64,000 nt of DNA from Minutocellus sp. GHC0000111. Taxonomy: Eukaryota. Location of the stretch: NCBI GenBank assembly GCA_977018835.1, contig OZ361259.1, positions 992,001-1,056,000 of the forward strand. The letters run 5' to 3'. The position numbers were made by a program, and so were the translations under genes. The notes beneath the pieces were generated by a model. It was not told where the DNA came from. It ran no database searches and saw only the letters and a program-made list of their open reading frames with translations. How positions within the stretch are numbered: position 1 is the first letter of the stretch; every line of letters begins with the position of its first letter. Shown here piece by piece: positions 47,928-61,168 of the stretch.

Positions 47928-48412
47928 TTGAAACGATAAAACTTATATTATGAGCCCATCTGGGCTTTACATGCTACGACCTTCCTACGTGGTCTGTCCT
48001 TCGTCCGTAAATATGTCCACTTTTATACACTTCGTCCATAAATATGTCCACTTTTATACAACAAGGGGTCCTGCCACCTATAACTCTAAAATTTCTCTCG
48101 AGGAGTACAGTACACATTATCTCCATGTCACCTGAGCAGGCACTTCGGACTGCACCCAACTTCTCCATGTCACCTGAGCAGGCCCTCTAGCGGGACGACA
48201 CCGAAAGCGCAATCGCAAGAATAAAAGAGGTACCCGCCGGATTGACTCGCGTCTGTCGTAAATCTATCATTTTTTTCGGATTGACACTGTCTGTCCATGT
48301 AAACCTCGGTCACTTCCGCTGAAGAGTGCTGAAGATTGGAATCGAATGCTGTAACATTGCTGTAAGACCGCGCTCGTAGACGGGTGCAGGGTAATTCAAA
48401 TGAACTCAGATC

Positions 48413-50400
48413 ATGAGATTTATTTTGACTCAGCGTGAAAGAGTAAAACTTTATATTTGTATTTTCTTTCCCCTCCTATTTTGTTGTTACATCTCGACAA
48501 AGAAATGCTATGCTCCAAGAGGCCAAATTGCCTATCACGTTCAATGTTTTAGGTGTGAATCAGTGGCGAAGGCGAAGGTTGTGCAAAACCTGCACGTCTA
48601 TTATATCCATCTGGATCACTCAATAGAACGTCGTCGACAATTCCTAAGGAGCGTCAATCTTCTATCAAGTCGCTTGCAAAACACAATTCGTCTCGAGCGA
48701 GTGTCTGCAGTTACGAGCGAGGACGTAGTGCATATGATTGCAAACAAAACCCTGGCCCTGAATGGAGTTGATAAATTGGTTGAACATAACGCATCTTACA
48801 AATGGTGGGACAAAAAATATACTGCTGAGGAGGTAGCATGTACATTGTCGCATTTGAAGGCTATAAGGCAGGCGTATTTTGATGGACACGAATCTGTCCT
48901 AATCGTCGAAGACGACGCTGTATTAACAAATAGTTTCCTCGAAAGCTGGAATGCTTATGCAGATCTAGCACCTGTGGATTGGGCGATTCTTCAATGGACA
49001 ACAAATAATGCTGCCGTCAATACCAAAAAAAGCTATCGATCAAATGATTTCTGGATATCGTGGACGGGCTACCACTGGTCCACAATTGCATTCACAATCA
49101 GAAGGAAGGGCATGCAAAGAGTTTTAAATCATACATCGAACATGTTTCATTCAAGAAGGAAAGACAAAGAGCACCTCCAGTGGTGCTTTGACGAGGAAAA
49201 CATGCTGAGGGCAGATGAACTGATATATTTTATTGCAGAAAAGACATATACCTCAACCTATTGCTGGATTGTCCCATCAGAATTCAACTCCACGATACAT
49301 CGTGGCCATATTCCCTGGTTTGACTTTGGTCAATCCAGGCATTCACCACCACTATCAATCGATCATCCCTGGTACCAGAAAAGGCAAGAAAGTATAGCTG
49401 TTGTAATGAGCATACGAATAAGTGGCGCCAAACAGATTGACGAAGAAATGTGCAATCTGGACGCTGACATACTAACACTGGCACGCTTCAACCCCCACAG
49501 CAAGTTAACCCTGTGAAGGTTGTCCTTACACATTTCGATCTTGTGGATTTATTACGTCAAAGTTTATCAAAGTTACCCAACATGCATGTGCAGGTCCAGA
49601 TGGAATTTTCGAATGAGCGCTTCAACAAGTTTACACTTGTTCGTCAAAAGCTCGATGCCATTTCAAATTTCGACTATGTTCTACTAAAGGACAACGACAT
49701 ACGCCTTGCAGGATTTGAGTGGAACACATTCTTTAATGCTAATAAGCATTCAATAATAAGTGGGCCATTTAGACAGAAAGTTGAAGGGACGACAAGTCGT
49801 TACAAAAAGTTTATTCATGAAATGCAAACTGATGCTTCTGCTACACCATATGTCAACCTACAAGATGCAACATTATTCAACACTTACCAAGACGATGATT
49901 TCCGGACGGTCTTGAGTAAAGCTGTTATGACACTTGAAGAATTCATGGTGATGATGAAGTCATCGTATGCTGCCTGGTTTTTCAATGAAATTTTGACAAG
50001 TGAATTCTTGTCGCAAGATGTAGATTGGGGTCCTGATCTAATGTGGTGTGGTGCAGCTTATGATTATCAGCAGCAGGTCATTGAATCCAAAAGGGGTTAT
50101 CCGTGTTCTTTGACATCTCTGAATATCAACGACATGGACAAAAAACAAATATCAGAAACAAGAAAGATGGAATCGCATCGCTTATATGTAGAGAGAGGTA
50201 ATGAAATTGTCCAAAGCTTCATGAAAAAGAAGCTTACATTCAAACGGTGGATTGAGGCTAGTAATAGGCCCATAATTAGATATCACTTGCTGAGAAACAG
50301 GTGCTCGCTACATTCAAAGCATGAAAGGATTAGTGACTGCTTGAAAGAATACCACAATGAATTCTTTACAAAATTTACATCACCTCGTCGGACATCTTAA
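48413..50400 (+). CDS. GT25-like domain + second GT-A-like domain, frame break at ~49513
   Basis: YYIHLDHSIERR, EVACTLSHLKAI, LIVEDDA; then FDYVLLKDND and DWGPDLMWC. Confidence 0.75.
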
Positions 50401-52749
50401 CGCCAAGGCGTTATTGTGTTTATTGATGATGCTTTGCAATCTGGTTTGCTTGGTAGAGCTCACAAGCGGATTGATCTAAATTTAATTGCACATTGAAATC
50501 TACTGGCAAGAGTGTGTTCAGACACAACATTCGTTTGACCGGAAGACATACAACCACCAACAGGCACCCTGATTAGACGGAAGGGATGGCATGGTGGAGT
50601 TGTTCTCATGGGCATTAAGAGCACCCCCCCCCAAAAAAATATCATTGTTGCAGAAACCGAGGCCTTAGTCTCATTCCTTGACACCGCTGTTTGGAACCCA
50701 TAGTGAGAGTTGGTAACTCTCTCGCAAACTCGCCTGCCATGCTTGACGAACAATTCAAACGAACTCGTGCTTGTTCTTTTGGGCAAGGATAGCAAGGTTT
50801 GTACGTGACACGAACCATTGAGCATTCTCCTTGTTTTGTCGGCGCCACGTGACGTGGGAAAACGTAAAATGAGTTTCTGAGTGGGCAAATGGCGCCGACC
50901 GATTATTCAGAAGTTGAATTTTTGCAAAAACATGCTGCTTGTAAAAAGCTAACAAAACGAACGACACGTCAAAAAGAACACACCAGAAGTGAAGAAAAAG
51001 CAAGGACCCAAACGCAGGGGAACTTTTTTTGTTAGGGAAATCACGCGAAAAAGAGTCCTCTTGGTCCCATTTTTCCCTAACATTGTCGGCGCCATTCGCC
51101 GACTCAGAAACTCAACTCTCATTGTTAGCACCTCCATCGGCTGTGTTTGGATGTGACGGGCGCATCCAAATGTAGCCCTAACTCGCATTGCGAGGTCTGT
51201 TTTGCAGCAATTCCAGTCCCCGGCCGGGACGAAAAAAATCGAAAAGCAGTGATTGACGGCAGATCTAGCTCCAGCAGAGAGGCACTTGTAGGCAAACAGA
51301 TGCTGTTAGGGTTAGGGTTAGAAATGCCACGGCAGTCTGCATTCTGTTCTGTTCTGTTCTGTTAGACTGCCAAAGTTTGTGCAGGCATGGGAAAGAAGAC
51401 GAGTCTGGCTCATCTTCTTGTGATCTGCTGGGCAGTGATGCTGGTGCCGTGCGCCCGGACAACCCACCACATTGACCCCAGCTGGACTTCCCACGAGCAA
51501 GGATGTCAACGGGAAACAATGCTCTAGGTGCAGGCATGGCACAAACCATTGGCCGATTGACCCCATGCCAAAAAGTTTGCACGGCTGCACCACGTCAAAC
51601 GAGCACATCACGTGTCGGCACAGGTGCATCGATTCTTGCTTGTGACTTGGAGCATCCCACGCAAGTTCAAAGCAGCGCAGTGAGTGCCGACGCTGGCACT
51701 GCAACAACTGCCTTCTAGTGTGTTTCCGTCTAATAGAAGTCTTTGTGATTAGATTGAAGATTTAGACCGACGCTGACTGCTGCCCGACAAAAAAATTCTG
51801 TGGGAGTCTCAATTGAGCAAGAAGACACACATGCATAAGTCCTCGGTCCTGCCGAGAGCTACACCAGAAAGTGCACCCTGCGCACTGCGGCCCGTAAACC
51901 GGCACCACAACAAATTGTTCCAGCATTGACTTTCAAACATTGAGGGCTTTTGGCAATTTATCCATCGACAACATCAAGCACTTCCTGAACGGAAACATGA
52001 CAAATTTCCCCCTTTTTTGTGCCTCTTCGAAAATTAAGCTTTTTCAAAATTTTGATCGGAAACCACTTTTCTTTCAAGACGTCGCTTTCACTGCTGTGCA
52101 TGTGTGTTTGGTAAGCAAATGCATCAAAAAGTTGAAAAACATGAAAGCATGAGCATGTGGCACATCAACATGCTCCACATGACTAGCAGAACACGAATCC
52201 ATGCTGTTTGGTTGCGTGCCTTCTCATGGGGCGGCGCAATGGAGGTCGCCATCTTGGAGGCACATTTGCGGGACCACATGACTTCATCGCGTGAAAGCAT
52301 GAGGGGTCTTGGTCCCGTTTGAAAATGACTCGATTGACTGAAAAATCTTGGTGCCTTGAACAACCGTCTGCTCCTTGTGGGCGTCACTGTTTTGAGAGAA
52401 CTGAAAAGAATTGGAACGCTAAACTCAAGCGGCACACAGGAGACCCCTGCCCGCATGTGCCGCGAAAAGGGCTCCAAAAAATTCCAGAAACTGATTGAGA
52501 ACTAGTGACGCCCAGGTCGACGATGCATTTTCTTTCCAAAAATACAGCAACACGATTAACTGAACAGTCCTGAATAAAACCTGTCGCTGAGAAAATCAAT
52601 TGATCGCTGAAATTTTTGACTCGCTCGACAACATTGTCCCCATGCACTACTTCGTGCGTAGTAGGACTACTACTTCTTGCTACATGTGCTACGTAGCTAG
52701 TGAGCTACTAGGAATTCCTATGTACGTAGCACATAGCAGGCGCATCTTG

Positions 52750-52940
52750 TGTCTTGCACTGTCGTAAGTCACACATGATGTTTACTCATGTGTGCTAGCA
52801 GCACATGCACCTAAACATGTTACATTAGTTGGATTATTTCTTGTACCTACATGTAGCCGTAGCTCTCTACTAACAGCACGTGGGACTACTGCACACAAGT
52901 ACACAGAAGGCCACACAAGTACACAGAAGGCGTATCTTGC
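52750..52940. repeat. Left arm of a ~190-bp inverted repeat; right arm split into 58010-58080 and 59211-59335
   Basis: Reverse-complement matches (CACACATGATGTTTACTCATGTGTGCTAGCAG; CTACTAACAGCACGTGGGACTACTGCACACAAG). Confidence 0.85.
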
Positions 52941-53099
52941 TCTCAACACAACAATTTTTTCATGGCCCGTCTGGAAAAACTCACCGTATTACTGTAGCTG
53001 CAGCTGCGTGAAAAGAGCATGAAAATTTGGAAGATGCATGAAATGCAAAGAGAGATGCAAATGTAAGTAACTTGCACAAAAATAAATGACATCATCATT

Positions 53100-55177
53100 G
53101 TGGCAGCCTTTACTACTTGGGGTGGTGTTGTGGTAGCGTCATACTGTTTCAACAGTAGTAAGTATCTTCTCAACAGTAGCAGCAACAAGCTCGCTTCTGT
53201 AACAACTTCTTTCTGGTTTCCTCAAAATGAAACAAGAACATATGAACATCGCAAACGAAACGTCTTGCAAGATAATAATCTCTTTGCATTCATGATGCGT
53301 GATGCAAATCGGATGGTTGCAATTGATCCTCCATTTGGCATGTACATTTTCAATTACATCAATGTGGATGGTGAGTCCATTCCTGCAAGTAGCAATCAGA
53401 TGCAGCTCTACCTCAATGGGCGCAAGATTGGAGTTGCTCCGTGTGATGAATACTCGATAAGATGCTACAAGGCCAAAATGCTACAAATCTTTCATTATGT
53501 TGCCAATCATGCTCAATCGCAATATTTGTTCTATATGGAATCTGATAATACACTCTGTGTTCCACTCTCCGAGTTGGAGAGAATCGCTAAAACACAATCG
53601 CGGTACTTTGTTGGGACTGGTATTGGTGCCTCTGGTTGGATAATGACTAGACCATTCCTGTTGGACTTCATGGCAAGATATGAAAGTGGCGTTGATGATG
53701 ATGATCGTCCTGATGTTGTTGCATCAAAACTACTAATGGAGGACAAATCAAATGAGAAAGGCTGGGCTGTCACCAGACAATATCTTGTGGCACACACACT
53801 TATGCAACCAATCGGAGGGCAAGGTCTTACTGTCAGGACACCATCCCAGTCAAGCAAGCGTTTGCCAAGATGTTTGGAGCCGCACCGCGGAATGTGGATG
53901 AATGAAGAGAAGCTTGGAATAGATCGCAAAAGAGAAGACAAGTATGGTTGGGATTATTTTGACTTTGATGCATGTCCCGACTCTGATATCTACCCATGCA
54001 ATCGTTCTGATGTCAAAACGAACAATAGTAGCAAGACAGTTACACCAATATCGGCAACATGAAGGAGCCAATGCATCATAATCGACGTGTTCAATATGCT
54101 GGGGTACTTGTGGATACTGCTCGTGTGTATTTTTCCATTTCAGACTTGAAGGATGTTGTTGACTTCATTGCGAAGCTTGGTTTCAATCTGCTACATCTCA
54201 GGCTGACTGATGATCAATCATTCATGTTGAAGTTTGATTCCTATCCTAAACTACGTAGCAAAACCATCAGTTCCAGGTGGCAGTGTATATTCTGTGGACG
54301 AAATGAAGCACCTCATTGAGTTTGCCACCGAAAAGGAAGTTTCCGTAATGCCTGAATTAAATGTTCCTGGGGCATTCCTCTCAACCATCAAAACGCAGGC
54401 TTAATGTCTATCCTTGAAACTTCATTGGGTGAGCTGGAAGAAATATTCCATACAAGTCCCTTATCCATCTTGGAGGTGATGAGATGAAGTTGAGTAGGCC
54501 GTGTTTCCTGGAAGCTGGAAGAAATGTAGTAGATACAGATCAGTTCGACAGTGATCTTCAATCAATGATTTCCAACATGAGCTTTGCGTCACCTAAGATT
54601 GTCCGTTGGGAGGATTCTATCACCATCGCTTCGTTGGAAAAGCAACAAGAGACTGTAACAAGAGACTGTGACGCATTACTGGTATAGATCACCCAGAGAT
54701 GAGAAGGGAGGCAAACCAAGAATGCCTTATTTTGTTTCTTCTCACCTGTATATTGACACCATGACTGACCAGGATGATGCCTGGCACATGTTTCAAGACG
54801 TTCGTGGCTTTGCTGAAGACATTCTGTATCCGCCGCTGGGCATTATTGCTGGTGCATTTGAGCTGAATAAGAAGTCATGGCTGGACAGAAATGTCTATGG
54901 AAAGCTCGTTGCAATGTCGATGGCACTATCAAAGAACACGGGAACGGCCACAATCGACAAAATCAGCGTTTTTCAGAGCAAATATCTCGCAGCTTGCATT
55001 TCTGCAAAGCCTGCCCATTTGGACAAGGAAACGTGGCGCAATGTTTGCAATGCGCTTGGGAAACCGATTCTTGGCACAAACAAATGGAAGTCAGCTTGGG
55101 AGAAAGAAACAAAAAAATGGAAGCGGCGCATATGCATCCGCCTCAATGGAACTCTTCCTTCCGAGACGCGAAAATGA
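53100..55177 (+). pseudogene. GT-A-like domain followed by GH20 beta-hexosaminidase domain, frameshifted
   Basis: YLFYMESDN and GTGIGASG; then YAGVLVDTARVYF..LHLRLTDDQSF..SYPKL, PELNVPG and HLGGDE. 13-bp duplication at ~54645-54670. Confidence 0.85.
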
Positions 55178-57126
55178 TTCCATCGACATGAAAGTGTGTG
55201 CATGTGTAAGTAAGTTGAGCTAGCTGATGAGCGGCGTGCAGTGACGGCCAATGGCCAAAGTTTGTACCCGCGACATACGCAGAGCAACAGGGGCGAAGGG
55301 AAGCGCCCCAGCGGCTTGCTTCTGGCACATGATTGGTCGAAGAAGGACTCAACGCATGGCGTGCGATAATTTATGAAATGTGGTAGAGCGAGCGACGAGG
55401 AGTCGGGCGAAGGCCGAGGACAAAAAATAGTCGTGAGGACAGCAGATCGGTCACTTCAACGGGAACATGCCGAATCTGCCTCAGAAACTCACCCGCATCT
55501 TCAGTTTTTCGTCGATTTGACCAACTTCTCGAGTGAATTCGCTTTTGGTCCGACGTTCATTCGATTCCTCTTGAAATTTTCAATAAGTCTCACATGGAGA
55601 GTTTCCTTGTGCAATCGTCGTGGAAGTGGGAAAAAGCTCAGGTATGTTCAAAAGTTTTGTCCGTAGCTAGCTCTAGCTACGTACGTAGCTGCTGCGTAGT
55701 ACGCTATTTCCTATGTAGTAGCTACGGGGTAGATCTATTTTGGTAGTTCTTCATTTGTAAAAGCTGAACATCGACAGGTTGCCAACAAAACGCGATTCAT
55801 TGGGAAAAAGTGGAAAGGCATGGCACAAAATTCACGGGAGTTGTTTCAAACACGAGGGAAGAATCAACTATAGGGGTATCCGACCAGACTGCCCTCTCCT
55901 GACCGCAGATGCATGGGCCAACGACATCAGCGATGGCCCATTTTTCATCTATGTAGGTCCTATTAAGCTCTACTAGCTACGTATGTCTATCTAGCTTAGC
56001 TTTAAGACCTCTTAGCACATCTGGCCAAGAACAATGCTAGTGTCATGATTAAAGATGCAGGGAAAAGATGCAAAGACTTAGAGTCAATTTTTAAGGAACT
56101 TTCATCCAAACTTGCTTCTTTGAAGAAAGAAATTAGTGGTGCAAAGAAAAGGAAACTTGAGAGGTAACACATGGGTTGGATTTCTCGTCGGCTTGCTGGG
56201 ATCGACCCATTGGATCCGCCCTCATTCTTCTTCTTCTACTGGATCTATCTATTTCCCATGATAGCATTCCTCAGGAGCAGAGAGCGGCATCCACTGCTGC
56301 CCAGGAGACTCAGATTTGGTAGATTATAGGAGCTAGGTAGCAATTACTTCTACGTAGTATCTTTTGCCCATCATTTTCGCATTGTTGCCTGACACCGTCA
56401 TTATCTCCCTCATTGCTTGGAATTGGCCTTTGGCTTGCTTGATTCTCCCATTTACATCAACTTTGTCGTCCATTCGCTTCTCAAGAAGGCTACTGTACCG
56501 AGGTATTTGAATTAATTTATTGGTGTAAGATTTGAATTGGTCGTCATCGATAGTGGTATCAGCAGTTTCTGTCAGTAGCTCTTCCTTTGTGTACGGTTCC
56601 TTCCTACCGGTAGGTGGCAGGATGTACAGGGCTTCTGTCTTGGACCTTTCTCCAAGGAATCTACTACCGGAATGTACCACCATTCTGAGGCAGTTTGTAG
56701 AGGGGGGAAAGAGATAGGGTCGCTGCAGCAAAGAGGAAACCGAAAAGACGCCAATGCCGACAGAGTTGTGCTTTGCAATAAAAATGCGCCATCATGCACT
56801 ACATCCTCAATCTTAATGCATTCTTAATGGAAACTTGTTGTTGAACGATTGATGGCGGCCGCCGACTAATGCTCACACGTCTCCGCGGTATCAAGTGCTA
56901 CGTAGCTCTAAGAGTCTTTTGAACCGACCTCTCTTCACTTTCAAAATGTCCCCATTATGTTCATCAAACGTCTGGTGATCCATTCATGAGACAATCTTTA
57001 GAGTCGGGACAGAGGCATTGCAAAGGAATGTTCCCACCATATTTTCTCTTGGAGCTTCTCATTGTCATCCAATTCGATGATGAAGCCAAAAAGTTGGGAG
57101 CGCTTGCTTGAGGAGATTGACTCCTG
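53740..57126 (+). repeat. Inverted duplication partner of 29571-32947 (less mutated copy)
   Basis: Alignment. Confidence 0.95.
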
Positions 57127-59689
57127 AGTGAGTAGAAAGACCTTGCCCTCCAATTGGTAGTTTCGTAGCATATGCCACAATGCATTGTCTTGTAAGAAGC
57201 CAGCCTTTCTCTTGTCCTTTGTTATTAATTTTGCAAGAACATCAGGGCAATCACTGTTCCAACATGGATTTGATATTTTGATATTTTGCAAAGAAAACAA
57301 ACAGGAACGATAAAAGCTACTTTCCCCTTCAGAATTCAATTTTCAACCAGTGGCCGAGGAGTTTTCACCCCAACAAAGCAATTGCGAGTGTCATTTTACC
57401 TTTTCTTCCTCCAAAGCTGGAAAAATAGGATATATTCAGATTCCACATATAAATGAATGGATTCATGTTGGTTCCTGATTGGTCCAAAATCCTCACAATA
57501 GTTTGGCCTTGTAGAATTTTATCGAGAGTATTCTTCACAGTGCCCATTGAGGTAGAGATGCATTTGATTGCCAGTCCCAATATAAAAACTTCACGCAGAA
57601 ACAAATTCAAAACGCACATGCCGAACAGTTGTTTGATTCTATCTACCCCACTCATAATGAATTTTGGCATAAAGAGAGAGAGAGAGAGTCCTAATTTTCT
57701 GCTGTGCCTCAATTAAGACGTCTGCTATTCCGAAGAAATCGAGAAACGAAAACAAAAAAGTGTCATGGTCAAAAATCGTTTCGACTAGGCTTCAAAGGGA
57801 AAATAAACATTCGACCAGCCAGTTCAGGTTAGGGCTCGTCTGTACGCACGACACGCTTCCTGCTTTTTGCGCGTTATTGTCTTTTATTTCTGATTTCTGT
57901 TGTGGGTCTTATGCAACTTTGTGCAAGTGTACACTGTGAAAAGCTGCTACAGGTGCTATGAATCTGCAAGATGCATGTGCGTAAACTAACATGTCCTGTG
58001 TTGGTGCAGTGCAAGATACGCCTTCTGTGTACTTGTGTGCAGTAGTCCCACGTGCTGTTAGTAGAGTGCTACGGCTACATTCTATTCTATTCTGTTCTAT
58101 TAGACTACCTATCTTTTGACGGGACATGGAAAGACGCGCCTGACTGACCTTCGTGGGATCTGCAAAGCAGTGATGCTGGCACCGCACCCCCAAGTGACCC
58201 CCACGTCGAACCCGGTGGAACCTCCCGGAGACCGGACGGGCGCCTCGGCATTCCCTTCCGTCCCCAGGCATCCACCCAATGGACTGCAGCAGTCGAGAGT
58301 TCTCAGGCGCAACTTGGCAGGCGTGGGGCTGGAGTCGCGCTCTCCCCCCACGTTGTCGTCCATGCGACCAACGATGGATCTCTGCGGTTCGGTTCGGCTG
58401 CAGACCTGCCCCGATTCCATTCACCTCCACCTGAGTGCCATGGGGCAGGCTCGCCTGTCGTTACCCGCGCTGGGCATGCAAAGTCAAACCGCATGAGCGC
58501 TTGGAGCCGTGTCTCCCTGTTTGAGCCGACGAGAGTCTTGTCTAAAAGACTTTGGTGCAACTGTGCACGAGAAACTCGAACGTGAGAAAAAATGGACTGC
58601 AACCCCACCGTCGTAGTTGGCGGGAAAAAGCCCCAAAGGTTGGCTTGTGGACTGCAACCCCGCCATTTTGGTCGGGGAAAAGCCCGGATGGTTAGCTTCG
58701 CAGGAACCTCCTCGCAGTTGGGGCGGAGCCACAACCTGCGTGTCCGCAGAAGAGTTTCAACCTCGCGTCGTCGAGGAATTTCAACCTCGTGTCTCAAAAA
58801 AGAAAAAAAGGACTCGGGGCGCCATTTTGGCTGGCCATTTTGGCCGACACAGGCAGGACCGGGTCGGCCTCCTCGTCCTGGCAGGAAGGAAGCCGCGGCT
58901 GGGCAGGAGCTTTGGGGGGTGCTGCTCCCACTGTGGTGGCAGCGGCGGTCGATCGATCGGCTGGGCCATCGCAGAAACGTGGCACAAAACCACCGGCACG
59001 ACCAACAGATTGTGACCTGGGGAAACATGATGTGCTAAAACAAGACGCTGCTTGCCCAACTCCGCCCATCCGCCTTTCTCCAACGCACCGCGATGATGTT
59101 CTGAAGCGACCTGGTGGCCGCGCACGGGCGTCGATGGGGCGCCATCGCCGGAGCGGCGGTGCCCGGCGCAACCCTTGCTTTCGCACGTTTCGGGCCGCAG
59201 TTTTTACAAGTGCTGCGGCTACATGTAGTTGCAAGAAACAGTCCAACTAATGCAACATGTTTAGGTGCATGCATGCTGCTAGCACACATGAGTAAACATC
59301 ATGTGTGTCTTGCGCACAGTGCAATGAGACACATCGCATTACAAGGATTCTAGATGAAAAAAGCATGCCGAATGAAGAGAGAGGTCATACTTTGCATAGT
59401 GAAGGGGCAGGGCATCCAGTGCTGGCGGAGAAGTTGGCTGCGGCGAGGAGGCTTTTGTTCCGGGTCGATTTGGATGAGAGGGAACGGAGAATCAATAACC
59501 TCCGTAGGCAGATGATGGAGCAAGGATGTTCTACCGAGGAGGAGAGAAGAGACAAGATGTCTGGCCCAATATTCAAGATGAAGAGAGAGGTATTGGCAAA
59601 AGAGCAATTCAAAGCTAAGCATTAGACAATTTGCATACATATCTATAACACACATATAACATGTATTGAAACCAAATGAGCTTTCTAGT

Positions 59690-61168
59690 TTACATTTTGC
59701 AAATCGTCAATTTCTTGAATCGGCGAGAGCCATCAGTAATAACATCATCAAGACACTCTGTTGTTGGAGGTCGGCATCTTTCCCAAAAATCTTCGTTGAT
59801 CACTTTATCCCTTGCTGAATCCATATCATGGCAATTCTCAATCTTATATGAGGCTTGGAGTGATGTTGAGACGGACGAATTACTGAATGGAGGCACACCA
59901 TTCGATATGTGTTCAGTTGCTCTGCTGAGAAATTCGGAGGAGCCGGCCAGTACGTGGCAGGTAGCATCGCTCCCGTGCTTTCTATTATCGATGATGAATA
60001 AAACCGGGGCAAGGAGAGGCCATCTTTTGGTACTGCCAAGATCATCCTCTTTCGGAGGAGTAATAGCCTTGATCCAATTGTAGAACTTGAATATGATGGA
60101 GCCAACCTGGTCCAGTGCATACTGGGATAGGTGGATGTACGCATGGACCACTGCATCTTCCTCCTTCTCATGAATTGCCGTCGAATCGACATTATTAGAA
60201 CCAACAAATCCAAGAGCGGCAGCTACTGATACGATGGTATGGAGCTGAGAAGTAACGCCACCGTCATCATTGGCTTCGCCGCTGCTCTCATTCTCACTCC
60301 CTCTTACAATTTTGCCATCGGCCTCGGCCCGCGAAAAAGATGCAAGGGCGGCATCATCATCACCATCTGCGAGGGCCTTTGAACAAATAGCAGTAAGGGC
60401 GGAGTAGCGGTCCCTCTCGGAGCAATGCATCGATATCATGGTTCGTTCACGCCGCTCTTGTCCGCGAGGATGCTCCCCATGGGTCCGAGGCGGCTTATAT
60501 TGATTCACCAAGGCAAGAACGAACTCAAAGGGCGCGATAAACAGACATATCGCCAAGACCGGCAGCTTGGCTGTACTCCTGTACAGCGGAGTCCAGTGCC
60601 GAAGTCCTCTTTCTAATTTCAGCCGACACATCGAATGTTGATTCTACAACCTCCGTCAACTTCGACCGCGCCTCACGGTCCGTCATGTGCGACCTTCTCG
60701 TCACGGGATCGCCATTGCTGCGTCGACACTGTGGGTCGAGCTGGTGTTGAGACTCCAGCATAGTGGAGGCTTGCTCCCTTGCTTCGTCGCCGGCCATCAA
60801 GAGCGTATGCTTCTGCGTAGTAGCCTTGGTACCAGTAGCAGTGCCAACAGCAGCAGACCTAGTACTAGATCTAGCTTCTGCGTAGTAGCCTTGGTACCAG
60901 TAGCAGTGCCAACAGCAGCAGACCTAGTACTAGATCTAGCTCCGGCCCCGGCCACACTGCTTCCAGTAGATGTTGCAGATGACGTACCAGTCTCCGTACC
61001 ACCGGCACTGGTCCCCATCGTCGTATCATCGCTATCCAACATCATGAGCACATCATCATCGCCAATGTTATCATTGTCATCACCGCTATTCCCACTGCCC
61101 AGAGCGGGTGAAGACGATGCCGACGAAGAATTGGACGGTGATATCGGAACCGAACGATGCTGTACATC
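59690..61168 (-). pseudogene. Unknown protein with low-complexity N-terminus, frameshifted; ~65-bp tandem duplication at ~60811-60940
   Basis: Chained minus-strand ORFs with no recognisable motif. Confidence 0.35.
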
